A DNA stretch of 52,770 nt from Nanobdellota archaeon (GTDB taxonomy: Archaea > Nanobdellota > Nanobdellia > Woesearchaeales > GW2011-AR4), in assembly GCA_038046385.1 (NCBI GenBank), contig JBBSWH010000007.1, positions 1 to 52,770 of the forward strand, given 5' to 3'. This document shows positions 1 through 8,024 of the stretch, piece after piece. The position numbers and the translations under genes were made by a program. Each line of letters starts with the position of its first letter. Positions within the stretch are counted from its first letter, which is position 1. The notes under the pieces were generated by a model. The model saw only the letters and a program-made list of their open reading frames with translations. It searched no databases and had not been told where the DNA came from.

Positions 1-372
1 GTAAGATGTCGGATGGTTGTCTTCCCATTTTGAAACTCTCGGATTGAAATATTTGATATTATGTCTTTTATATGGTCCGTGATGGTCTATCCACACAATC
101 GGAACCTTGGCTTCGTCAATGAAATCCTGCTCCACATCAGAAATATCAAGAATGAATATTTTGTCTGGCCTATGCTCAATGACTTTGTTAAGAAACATAG
201 TTCCTATCTTCGGTGTTGTCTTTACAATAACTCCTTTGCCTTCTCCCTTGAGCCTGTAAAGCTGCAAATAAGAGCAAATTCCGTCCTGGTCATCATCAAA
301 CAAGAATAATGGATTTCTGCAGTTCTCTAATTCATCTCTTATCTGCTGCACCTGTTCTTCTGATATCGCCAT
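1..372 (-). CDS. DHH-family phosphoesterase (RecJ/NrnA-like), runs off the window edge
   Basis: Manual translation from ATG at 372: MAISEEQVQQIRDELENCRNPLFLFDDDQDGICS...FILD...WIDHHGP, giving DxDG and DHH motifs. Not in the ORF track because there is no stop in the window. Confidence 0.85.
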   Translation of the reverse strand, partial: MAISEEQVQQIRDELENCRNPLFLFDDDQDGICSYLQLYRLKGEGKGVIVKTTPKIGTMFLNKVIEHRPDKIFILDISDVEQDFIDEAKVPIVWIDHHGPYKRHNIKYFNPRVSKWEDNHPTSY

Positions 373-394
373 ATAACTTTTAGAATTTAGATGT

Positions 395-760
395 TTATTT
401 AAGGCTTATTCTTTCCAGCCCGATTTTATCATATATTAAATCAGAGCTTATAATTTGATCATTGCCGCAAAAAGCAGCGTGGAATGCATCAAAAACAGAC
501 GAATCATATTTTTCTATATAAAAACCGGCTTTCATGCATACAGAGTAAGCTTCTTCATTAACTTCAATAATCTCAAAAACATGCGCAAACATTTCAAGAA
601 TATTTATTTTGTGCCTTTTGCATACATGCGCCAGCTCAATCATTACAGATATGGAAGTTCTAATATTTCCTTTATTGTCTTCAAGGATTTTCTCAGCATT
701 TGTCTTCAGCCAGTCCGATTCCTTGATTAGTGCAAGAATAAAATCCGTGTCAGCGAACAT
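395..760 (-). CDS. vapC: PIN-domain (VapC-like) toxin
   Basis: MFADTDFILAL...E...FDAFHAA...IISSD PIN acidic motifs; start moved to ATG 760, overlapping the antitoxin end. Confidence 0.85.
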   Translation of the reverse strand: MFADTDFILALIKESDWLKTNAEKILEDNKGNIRTSISVMIELAHVCKRHKINILEMFAHVFEIIEVNEEAYSVCMKAGFYIEKYDSSVFDAFHAAFCGNDQIISSDLIYDKIGLERISLK

Positions 761-1007
761 TTTTAAATTTTGAAGAGGATTCTTTTTCTGCATCTTCCCT
801 TGCCATTCTTCTGAGTTCCGACAATGTGTATTTATCAATTCCTGATTCTTTGCCTAGCTTCCTAAGCTCTGTAAGGGGATCTTTTGCTATCGGCACCAAT
901 ACAATCTCTTTTGGAGTTCCCACTACTGCAAACTTTTTCCCGTATTTGCTCAAAAATTTTGTTCCTAGGACAATTCTTCCTCTGCTGTCTGCCAGTGTTG
1001 TTCTCAT
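750..1007 (-). CDS. AbrB/MazE-type antitoxin (VapB-like)
   Basis: MRTTLADSRGRIVL...IVLVP swapped-hairpin signature; SD AGGTGAT at 1011-1017; directly upstream of the PIN gene. Confidence 0.75.
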   Translation of the reverse strand: MRTTLADSRGRIVLGTKFLSKYGKKFAVVGTPKEIVLVPIAKDPLTELRKLGKESGIDKYTLSELRRMAREDAEKESSSKFKNVR

Positions 1008-1016
1008 AAAATCACC

Positions 1017-1051
1017 TTGTGGGCAATATATACAATTTGTGGGCTTATAAA
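1017..1051 (-). promoter_or_regulatory. TA operon promoter: TATA box plus two GCCCACAA direct repeats (candidate operator)
   Basis: Plus-strand TTGTGGGC at 1017-1024 and 1037-1044 (20-bp period); minus-strand TTTATAA at 1045-1051. Confidence 0.5.
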
Positions 1052-1111
1052 TCTTTTGATTTTTTGATATAACCAGCAAACTTTATAAAGATATATTTTT
1101 ATATCCAATTT

Positions 1112-2116
1112 ATGCCAGATATGCCATCTTCAAAAAAAGAGGTTATTTCTAAAATTCTCCTTTACGTCTTGCTTCCATTAAGTGCTTTTTTTCTGATTAT
1201 TTTACCCGGTCTTGTTTCTAACCGTTACAGTCAAAGCTTAGAAGTTGTATACGGCATCGGAGCGATACTTTTGGGGACGACGATAATTAACTTATTGTTC
1301 GTTGTAATAGAACACTTTTCAGAAAAAAGATTTAGTTTCGTAAAAATTGCGTTTTGGACTTATGAAGCTATATTGATTGTCACCGCTCCTATGGTGTATG
1401 GTCCAGGTGGATTGGAAAAGATTCCGGTCATGTTGATTTTCAATCCCTTCACAATAGTTGTGCCTGCTTTAATCGCAGCATATTTTATTAATAAAAATAA
1501 TCCGCAATTATTTGAAAAGAGAATTCCACTAAAATGGAGTATGGCGCTGATAGTTGCGTGCATCGTAGTAGTACTCTTAGTTTTAATTTTTATTAAAGAT
1601 ATGCCATCATGCAATACACATTTTGGAACTGGCAAATTATTTGGCGTCGACAATTCTTTCTGCCTGTACAATTTAGCTATAAACAGTAAAAATCCAAGTT
1701 ATTGCGAAAAAGCATCTAGTATTGATAGAAGATTAGATTGCTTGGAGAAAGTTATACAAAAAGACCATAAACTGGTTGAAGGATACTGTGAAAGCTTAAG
1801 CGAACTTGAAAAAAGCAAATGTGTTAATGCTTTGAATAACTTCTATCTAGGCCGGATGTTTGCATCGCCGCAGTTTGAGGCTGCAATTGAGGGTACTCAG
1901 AATTGCACAGATTCTGATCAGGGATATAATTGGTACGTTCGTGGAACAATAACCGGAAGTTCAGTAGGCACAGCAACAGATGATTGTGTTTTAATAGGTG
2001 GAACGAGTATTCTTAGAGAAAGATATTGTCCCAAGCAACTAGGGCTTGTTGTAGAAGAATATATTTTTAGTTATAAATGCCCAAACGGCTGCAGCGATGG
2101 CGCTTGTTTGCCTTAG
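1112..2116 (+). CDS. Multi-pass membrane protein with Cys-rich extracellular C-terminus
   Basis: About five hydrophobic segments, then many Cys pairs ending CTDSDQG...LRERYC...CPNGCSDGAC; TATA 30 nt upstream. Confidence 0.7.
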   Translation: MPDMPSSKKEVISKILLYVLLPLSAFFLIILPGLVSNRYSQSLEVVYGIGAILLGTTIINLLFVVIEHFSEKRFSFVKIAFWTYEAILIVTAPMVYGPGGLEKIPVMLIFNPFTIVVPALIAAYFINKNNPQLFEKRIPLKWSMALIVACIVVVLLVLIFIKDMPSCNTHFGTGKLFGVDNSFCLYNLAINSKNPSYCEKASSIDRRLDCLEKVIQKDHKLVEGYCESLSELEKSKCVNALNNFYLGRMFASPQFEAAIEGTQNCTDSDQGYNWYVRGTITGSSVGTATDDCVLIGGTSILRERYCPKQLGLVVEEYIFSYKCPNGCSDGACLP

Positions 2117-2195
2117 ATTCTTGGATAAAAGAGTAAAAAGTTGTCCTTCTAAGTGATTACTAAAGTTTATAAATTTGGCATTAGATTATGCTGTT

Positions 2196-2459
2196 ATGAA
2201 CCGAATAAGGGCGCTTGAACACAGAGTTAGGAACATAGAAATGCGCAATTACTCTGTGGAATCCAATAAGGAATGGGAAACCAGCTTTACAAGGAAGTTT
2301 TTGCTTGTAATTTTCACTTATTTCTCTGTCGGCATTTATATGTATTACATTGGGATTCCAAATCCCTGGGTTAATTCAATAGTTCCTGCCCTTGCTTTTC
2401 TGCTTTCAACATTGACTTTGCCGGCATTCAAGAAAGCATGGATTCACAGCAGGAAATAG
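2196..2459 (+). CDS. Small membrane protein
   Basis: RNYSVESNKEWETS followed by two TM helices; ATG 2196 lies 30 nt after TTTATAAA (2166). Confidence 0.65.
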   Translation: MNRIRALEHRVRNIEMRNYSVESNKEWETSFTRKFLLVIFTYFSVGIYMYYIGIPNPWVNSIVPALAFLLSTLTLPAFKKAWIHSRK

Positions 2460-2504
2460 CTGTCAAAACAAACTTTTATATTATTTCTTTGATTAACTGT
2501 TTTT

Positions 2505-3743
2505 ATGCAGATTAATTACAAAAAGCATTCCGGTTATGATCCATTAGGAGACTGCGGAAAAGGCAAGTGTCCTGTATGCGCGAGGAATAATGCAATGTTT
2601 CGCACAAGAGACGCTATTCTGAAGGATAATTTCACGAGTGATGGAGTTGCTCCCTTCGTGGGCCACTACGGATACCCAAACATAAACGTTGGAATTCTTG
2701 CGCCTCCAACAGAATCAGATGACTCTTGGATGTATGATGCTCCAAAATACTGGGCAGAGAACAGATTTGAAATACCAAAAATTGTTGATTTCCGCTCTTC
2801 ATTATTAAATTCAAGGTACAGTGTCAACATCAAAAAAAGAGAAAAACTTGTTGAGCTTTCGCAGGATATTGCAATGTCCTCCAAGCCCGTTGATGTTGAA
2901 ATTCAGTTAAAGGAAAAGCCGAAATTCCGCTTGAATCTTGATTCTTACATGGCGCCAACAGGCCCAAATGCAAAGCTGGAAAAGGCAACCCTGACAGAAA
3001 ACCCCAAGATCCACACAAAAGTCTACAAAGTTTTTGAGGATATTGACTGGAAAGCAGGCGATGCAATAAACTATCTGTATGAAAATAACTTTGATGAAAA
3101 CTTTCTTTCAAGAATTTTAAGTGTTGGCACAGTTGGAATGAAAAAAGACAGAAAGCTTGTGCCGACAAGATGGAGTATTGTAGCTGTCGATTCCAATATA
3201 GGAGATAATTTAATTTCCCAAGTCAAAGATTATAATCAATCAGGATATTTAGCATATTTTGGCGGATATTTGGGCAATTATTTCCTAATACTGATGTTTT
3301 CAGATGCTTGGAGCTATGAGTTATTTGAAACTTATATTCCCCCTCATTGCAGCTTTAATTCAAATTTAAAGTCCACTACAGATTATGAAAGTTACTATGG
3401 AAGGAAAAGATATGCCGAGGAGACTGCCGGCGGATATTATGCAGCCAGAATTGGGATATTGGAAAACCTAAATGATATAAAAAAACAGTCAAGTGTGCTT
3501 GCTTTAAGGTTTATTACTGATGAATATTCGATGCCTTTAGGTGTATGGGTAGTGCGCCAAGCTGTCAGAAAAGCTTTAAAAAATAAGCCGATAGAATTTT
3601 CCAGCAAAGAGCTAATGCTTAACTATGCCAAAGCTGTTATAAAGAAAAAATTCAATTTTAACTTAGATAATGTGCTTGCAAAAAGCATACTTTTGAAGCA
3701 GGTTAAGCAGCAATCCAAGCTGACTAAATTTTTGCATTCTTGA
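2505..3743 (+). CDS. nreA: Nre-family PCNA-interacting DNA repair protein
   Basis: PFVGHYGYPNINVG, RKLVPTRWSIVAVD, GGYYAAR and PLGVWVVR motifs; C-terminal PIP box QSKLTKFL. Confidence 0.85.
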   Translation: MQINYKKHSGYDPLGDCGKGKCPVCARNNAMFRTRDAILKDNFTSDGVAPFVGHYGYPNINVGILAPPTESDDSWMYDAPKYWAENRFEIPKIVDFRSSLLNSRYSVNIKKREKLVELSQDIAMSSKPVDVEIQLKEKPKFRLNLDSYMAPTGPNAKLEKATLTENPKIHTKVYKVFEDIDWKAGDAINYLYENNFDENFLSRILSVGTVGMKKDRKLVPTRWSIVAVDSNIGDNLISQVKDYNQSGYLAYFGGYLGNYFLILMFSDAWSYELFETYIPPHCSFNSNLKSTTDYESYYGRKRYAEETAGGYYAARIGILENLNDIKKQSSVLALRFITDEYSMPLGVWVVRQAVRKALKNKPIEFSSKELMLNYAKAVIKKKFNFNLDNVLAKSILLKQVKQQSKLTKFLHS

Positions 3744-4006
3744 CATTTTAAATCGCCTAAAACGTGTTTCAACTGCCAAATTGTCATTTCTGTTCTCGGA
3801 TATATATTCTGCAGAAGCACTGGACATCTCCGTGTAAGATATATAAACGAGAAATCACTTACGCAGTTTCAACTTGATATAGTTCGGTGATTTAAAATGT
3901 ATGAAAAATTTAGCAGTATAAGGTTGGATCTGTTTAAGCTTCACGATTCAAAAGATACTACTAAGAATTGGCTTTTTGCTAAAGGTAAAACTCTTAAAAT
4001 TGAATT
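3649..4006 (+). repeat. Long imperfect inverted repeat / rod-like hairpin covering the nreA 3' end, intergenic region and start of the next gene
   Basis: Ten nested complementary blocks of 6-15 bp, e.g. 3649-3661/3994-4006, 3678-3686/3971-3979, 3724-3733/3904-3913, 3743-3757/3886-3900. Confidence 0.8.
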
Positions 4007-5186
4007 AAAAGGCTTGATTAGCAAAACTAGTTTTTCCAACACTGAACTTGTTAAATATTTGATGAAAAAGCTAAATATTTCAATAGCTTCCGCTGAAAGG
4101 TTGGTTTATCTCAAAAAAGAGTGGTATCCTTTAAGTTTTATTGAAGAGCTAGTAAATTTAACCAGTTCTGATAAATATCAAATTCAAGATAAAATTGAGT
4201 TCTTGAAATCTTGCAAACCACCAGTTGTTGAATACAAAGCAGTCAAAGAACTTACTATTGATTTATGTAAAATTGCAGGTGCTCATGCAGCAGATGGAAC
4301 ACTCTATGATAGCTATATCGCGATAACTGACAATCATAAAAGCAATATCCTAGCTTTAATGAAATGGTTTGAAGGTTTTGGCTATTCTCCAAAATTGATG
4401 AGGATAGGAGAAAATGAATATGGCATAAAGTTTCATAGCAGGATATTATCAAGATATTTGACAAAATTCTTTGATTTTCCTTCCGGCTGCAAGCAATACA
4501 CGGTAAAAGAGTCTGAAATAATAAGAAATGCTCCTTTAGAGTTCAGAAAAGCTTTTGCCTTGGGCGCTTTAACATTTGATGGCTGTGTAACGAGCGGAAA
4601 TAAAATTGAGCTTTGTGTTTCAAGTAAAGGCTTTCGGGATTCAATTGCTGAAATATTAACAGAATTAGGCGTTAATCATGTATCAATGGAGAAACAAAGC
4701 TCTGATTATTGGAGGCTTTGGAGCAAATCCTTGTCAAAAGAAGAAGTTTTGAAATGGATTGAATTGTTTGAGCCAAATACAGAAAAATGGTTTAAATTAA
4801 ATGATTATGTTAATGGCTTTTCTTGTAAGGTTAGCTCATTTGAAGAAGCGGTTTATATCTTAAACTCAGTTTATCCAAAGCAATCCGGCAGTAAAGTGGT
4901 ATTAAAGGACGTTTTGCTGGCTTTTAACGAATTAAAGCAAACTTACCGCTATGAATTGGCGGATTATTTGGCAAAGAAAAAGAATCTTAAGTCTTACGGA
5001 GGCACATGGGCACATTCTTTAAGGCATCATTTAGATATTCTCAAAAGAGCCAATATAATATCAGTTGAAAAGCAAAGATTTCACCCAAAGAAATCTTTTG
5101 GAACGACTGTAAGGGAAGTTTATAGGTTTAACGAGAATGTTGAAGGGTGGAGAGTGCCTGAAAGGAGTATAATATTAAATACTTGA
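3897..5186 (+). CDS. Free-standing double-motif LAGLIDADG endonuclease-like protein with flanking HTH-like regions
   Basis: IAGAHAADG and FALGALTFDG motifs; SD GGTGA at 3886-3890; no intein splicing termini. Confidence 0.75.
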   Translation: MYEKFSSIRLDLFKLHDSKDTTKNWLFAKGKTLKIELKGLISKTSFSNTELVKYLMKKLNISIASAERLVYLKKEWYPLSFIEELVNLTSSDKYQIQDKIEFLKSCKPPVVEYKAVKELTIDLCKIAGAHAADGTLYDSYIAITDNHKSNILALMKWFEGFGYSPKLMRIGENEYGIKFHSRILSRYLTKFFDFPSGCKQYTVKESEIIRNAPLEFRKAFALGALTFDGCVTSGNKIELCVSSKGFRDSIAEILTELGVNHVSMEKQSSDYWRLWSKSLSKEEVLKWIELFEPNTEKWFKLNDYVNGFSCKVSSFEEAVYILNSVYPKQSGSKVVLKDVLLAFNELKQTYRYELADYLAKKKNLKSYGGTWAHSLRHHLDILKRANIISVEKQRFHPKKSFGTTVREVYRFNENVEGWRVPERSIILNT

Positions 5187-5205
5187 ATAATTTTTTTAAT
5201 AAAAT

Positions 5206-6009
5206 ATGAAAAAAGCTTATTATTATGTTTTTGTTAGCCCTTTAAAACAGGTGTATAACGATGATAAAAAAATGAAACCTAGTTTTGTAATTCCTATAAA
5301 AACTGCTACCAAAATTTATGAAATATCTTTATTCTCAACTAAAAATAGAGTTTATATGATACGAATTACGATTCCAAATTTAGTTGAAGAAAAAATAACA
5401 GATTATGATACGAAATTTATTCAAATGATTAAAGAACATATGTTATCAGTCCTAAGACTTACATATGACAATGAAATAAGCTCTTTCAGACCAGTTTGGG
5501 TGTTTAGAGATGAGAATGAACCACCAGCACTAAAAATAAAGATTACTGAGAAGATTAATCCAGAATTTAAAGTGAACCCGGAGAATATTAAGTCAACTTA
5601 TTGTGCAACGTTCCAAATACGCCATCAGCTTAGACTTTTATCAGATGGTCAAGATAATAGAATTCCTTTACAATACAGGTTCCTTTCTTTATATAAACTG
5701 CTTGAATTAGAATTCAAAAACAAAGGCACTTTCAAAAAAGATGAATTATTAAATTTCTTATCAAAATTTGAAGGAGAATTTAAAACCCTTAAAAAGTCTA
5801 ATATGGGGTTATTTGGGTATATTGAAGATACAAGGAATAAATGTGCACATATCAAAAATAAAAAAGAAATCCTAGGTGTAACCCATTTAGATCAAAAGCC
5901 TGCAAGAGAGATTGAGCTTTTTTTGCCATTATTTCTTAAGATATGTTCAGTATTATTAAATGAAAAACATAAAGAAACTGGTTTTACTTTATTTCAAAGA
6001 CCAAATTGA
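5206..6009 (+). CDS. Putative HEPN-domain protein (Apea/MauJ-like)
   Basis: RFLSLYKLLE helix and C-terminal RNKCAH (Rx4H); visibly more AT-rich than the neighbouring housekeeping genes. Confidence 0.55.
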   Translation: MKKAYYYVFVSPLKQVYNDDKKMKPSFVIPIKTATKIYEISLFSTKNRVYMIRITIPNLVEEKITDYDTKFIQMIKEHMLSVLRLTYDNEISSFRPVWVFRDENEPPALKIKITEKINPEFKVNPENIKSTYCATFQIRHQLRLLSDGQDNRIPLQYRFLSLYKLLELEFKNKGTFKKDELLNFLSKFEGEFKTLKKSNMGLFGYIEDTRNKCAHIKNKKEILGVTHLDQKPAREIELFLPLFLKICSVLLNEKHKETGFTLFQRPN

Positions 6010-6073
6010 GTATCTTTCACAGAAGAAGTGGGCATAGTTCATTTAACGGCAAATTTAAAAATTTAGTTAATGT

Positions 6074-6316
6074 TTATCTTTTGCCATAGGCAAGATTTCT
6101 TGAAGCTCTTTCCATCCTCAATACTCCAGTCACAATCCCTATAAACATCATCCCAGTGAATAACGCTGAGATTATTCTTCCCTCTAAACCTAAATTAAAA
6201 AGACTAACAAAGAGGTCATCAAGCATAAAATAATAAACTAAAACACCAAGAATTAAACCAGTAATAACTGAGGTTTTGGCATCTTTAATCTCTTCTTTAC
6301 TAGCTTTCTTTACCAT
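6074..6316 (-). CDS. Small two-TM membrane protein
   Basis: 80-aa ORF with two hydrophobic helices. Confidence 0.55.
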   Translation of the reverse strand: MVKKASKEEIKDAKTSVITGLILGVLVYYFMLDDLFVSLFNLGLEGRIISALFTGMMFIGIVTGVLRMERASRNLAYGKR

Positions 6317-6597
6317 AATATTATTTTTGTAAACTCAATATATAAATATTTCGTAATAGAGATTTAAGGAATGATAATCCTTTAAAACTATTTTCTCCAA
6401 TAAATTTATAAATAACATTCAATTTTAATTCTAAAATGAACAGAATAAAGGCAAGTAAAAATATTGTATTGGTAGCCATTATTCTAGTCCTGGTTCTGAT
6501 TTTATAAGCCCCAAACAATAACATATTCTTCCGGGGCTTTGTATCGTTTCAAAATTCTAGAGTATGTTATAAAAACAAAAACACGAGGTAGAATAAG

Positions 6598-6918
6598 ATG
6601 TACGAAAATGTAGGAGTTAAGTATGTGCCTATGAGCAGTCCCGGAAATAACGGGCTTCTTATGAGGTTTGGCCCATTGCCGGATGGCGTTAATCTAGACC
6701 ATCTCTTAGGGGTTGTCCAGCAATCATATCTGGCTGTAACAAGCCAGTCAAATGGCGTTACATTTAATGTTATTCCTCACGGAAAAAGGTCTGTCGGAGT
6801 ATCTGTTAGTCTGCCACCTACCAGCACAAGTGATTTTGGAAGAATGCTTTGTGAACTTGTAGAACAAACGCTTAGAGAAAACTCAGCAAGCGACTGGCAG
6901 GCAGACGGAATAAGTTAA
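6598..6918 (+). CDS. Hypothetical protein
   Basis: 106-aa ORF with GAGGT SD, upstream of ilvE. Confidence 0.55.
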   Translation: MYENVGVKYVPMSSPGNNGLLMRFGPLPDGVNLDHLLGVVQQSYLAVTSQSNGVTFNVIPHGKRSVGVSVSLPPTSTSDFGRMLCELVEQTLRENSASDWQADGIS

Positions 6919-6939
6919 AATGAATTTGAAGAGAACAAA

Positions 6940-7887
6940 ATGACAAACGCTAACGAGCCAAAAGTCTGGATGAATGGAAAACTGATAAATTATAGCGAAG
7001 CAAAAACCCATGTAAGGGCGCATACGCTGCATTATGGCACAGGCGCTTTTGAAGGAGAGAGGGCTTACAAAACAGAAGGAGGCACATCTGTGTTTAGGCT
7101 GAGGGATCATACAAAAAGGCTGCTGTCTTCTGCAGGTTCAATCTCTTTGAAAGTTCCATTTCAGCAGGAAGAGCTGGAAAGAGCAGTTCTTGATACCTTA
7201 AGGGCAAATAATCTTGAAGAAGGATACATAAGGCCGATAGTGTATCTCGGAGATGTTTCCTACCATCTTGATTTAGTCAAAAACCAGCAAGCCCATGCAA
7301 AAGAAAGTCAAAGTGATGTAAATGTTGTAATTATAGCAACACCCTTCAAGTATTTTGAAGTTCCGATGAAAATTCAGGTTTCGAAATGGAGAAGGATACC
7401 TCCAGAATGCATACCTGTTGAATCAAAACTTACCGGGCCGTACATTTCATCAAGCCTGGCTGCTACAGAAGCAGGGAATATATATGAAGTGCAGGAGGCA
7501 TTGCAGCTGGATATAAAAGGAAATGTGGCAGAAGGTCCCGGTGAAAATTTTTTTATGGTGGTTGACGGAAAGCTGGTTACACCGCCGCAAGGATATATAC
7601 TTCCCGGAATCACAAGGGACACGGTAATCAAAATAGCAAAATTCCGCGGGATAGAAGTTGAAGAAAGGCATTTTGGGCTTGAGGAGCTACTGGATACTGC
7701 AGGCGAGGCATTCTTCACAGGAACGGCAATAGAAGTCTACCCCATATCAGAGATAAACAAAAAGCCTATGAAAGATAAAGGCGAGCTGACCGCAAGGTTA
7801 ATGGCTGATTATGCGGATGTTGTAAGGGGCAGGTTGACATTGCCAGAAGCTAAAGACTGGCTGTCGTTAGGGCTTGTTAATGTTTAA
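6940..7887 (+). CDS. ilvE: Branched-chain amino acid aminotransferase (class IV)
   Basis: LHYGTGAFEGERAY, YIRP, EGPGENFF, ILPGITR and FFTGTA motifs. Confidence 0.92.
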   Translation: MTNANEPKVWMNGKLINYSEAKTHVRAHTLHYGTGAFEGERAYKTEGGTSVFRLRDHTKRLLSSAGSISLKVPFQQEELERAVLDTLRANNLEEGYIRPIVYLGDVSYHLDLVKNQQAHAKESQSDVNVVIIATPFKYFEVPMKIQVSKWRRIPPECIPVESKLTGPYISSSLAATEAGNIYEVQEALQLDIKGNVAEGPGENFFMVVDGKLVTPPQGYILPGITRDTVIKIAKFRGIEVEERHFGLEELLDTAGEAFFTGTAIEVYPISEINKKPMKDKGELTARLMADYADVVRGRLTLPEAKDWLSLGLVNV

Positions 7888-7918
7888 TCCGAATATAAAA
7901 AATATCTAATTATTTTTT

Positions 7919-8024
7919 ATTGTAAATTTCTTGGAGTTAAAACTAAGAAGTTCAATAAGAAATTTACAATCCCGCAGGCTCGCCTATTAATTACAAAGTG
8001 CATACGCCTAGTGGCGAGTCTGCG
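7919..8024. repeat. Two adjacent hairpins between convergent ilvE and alaS
   Basis: ATTGTAAATTTCTT 7919-7932 pairs with 7957-7970 (perfect 14 bp); CGCAGGCTCGCC 7973-7984 pairs with GGCGAGTCTGCG 8013-8024. Confidence 0.7.

Noticed and set aside
3623-3820. 65-aa minus-strand ORF in the left arm of the hairpin
   Set aside because: Antisense to nreA with no recognisable motif; kept only as a possible antisense transcript.
3897-5186. Intein or intron-encoded endonuclease
   Set aside because: No Hint N-terminal Cys/Ser block or terminal HN. nreA is intact with its PIP box, no interrupted rRNA/tRNA is present, and I could not find a canonical bulge-helix-bulge in the stem.
6321-6524. 67-aa AT-rich ORF
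   Set aside because: Overlaps the likely promoter of the 6074-6316 gene and has no recognisable features.
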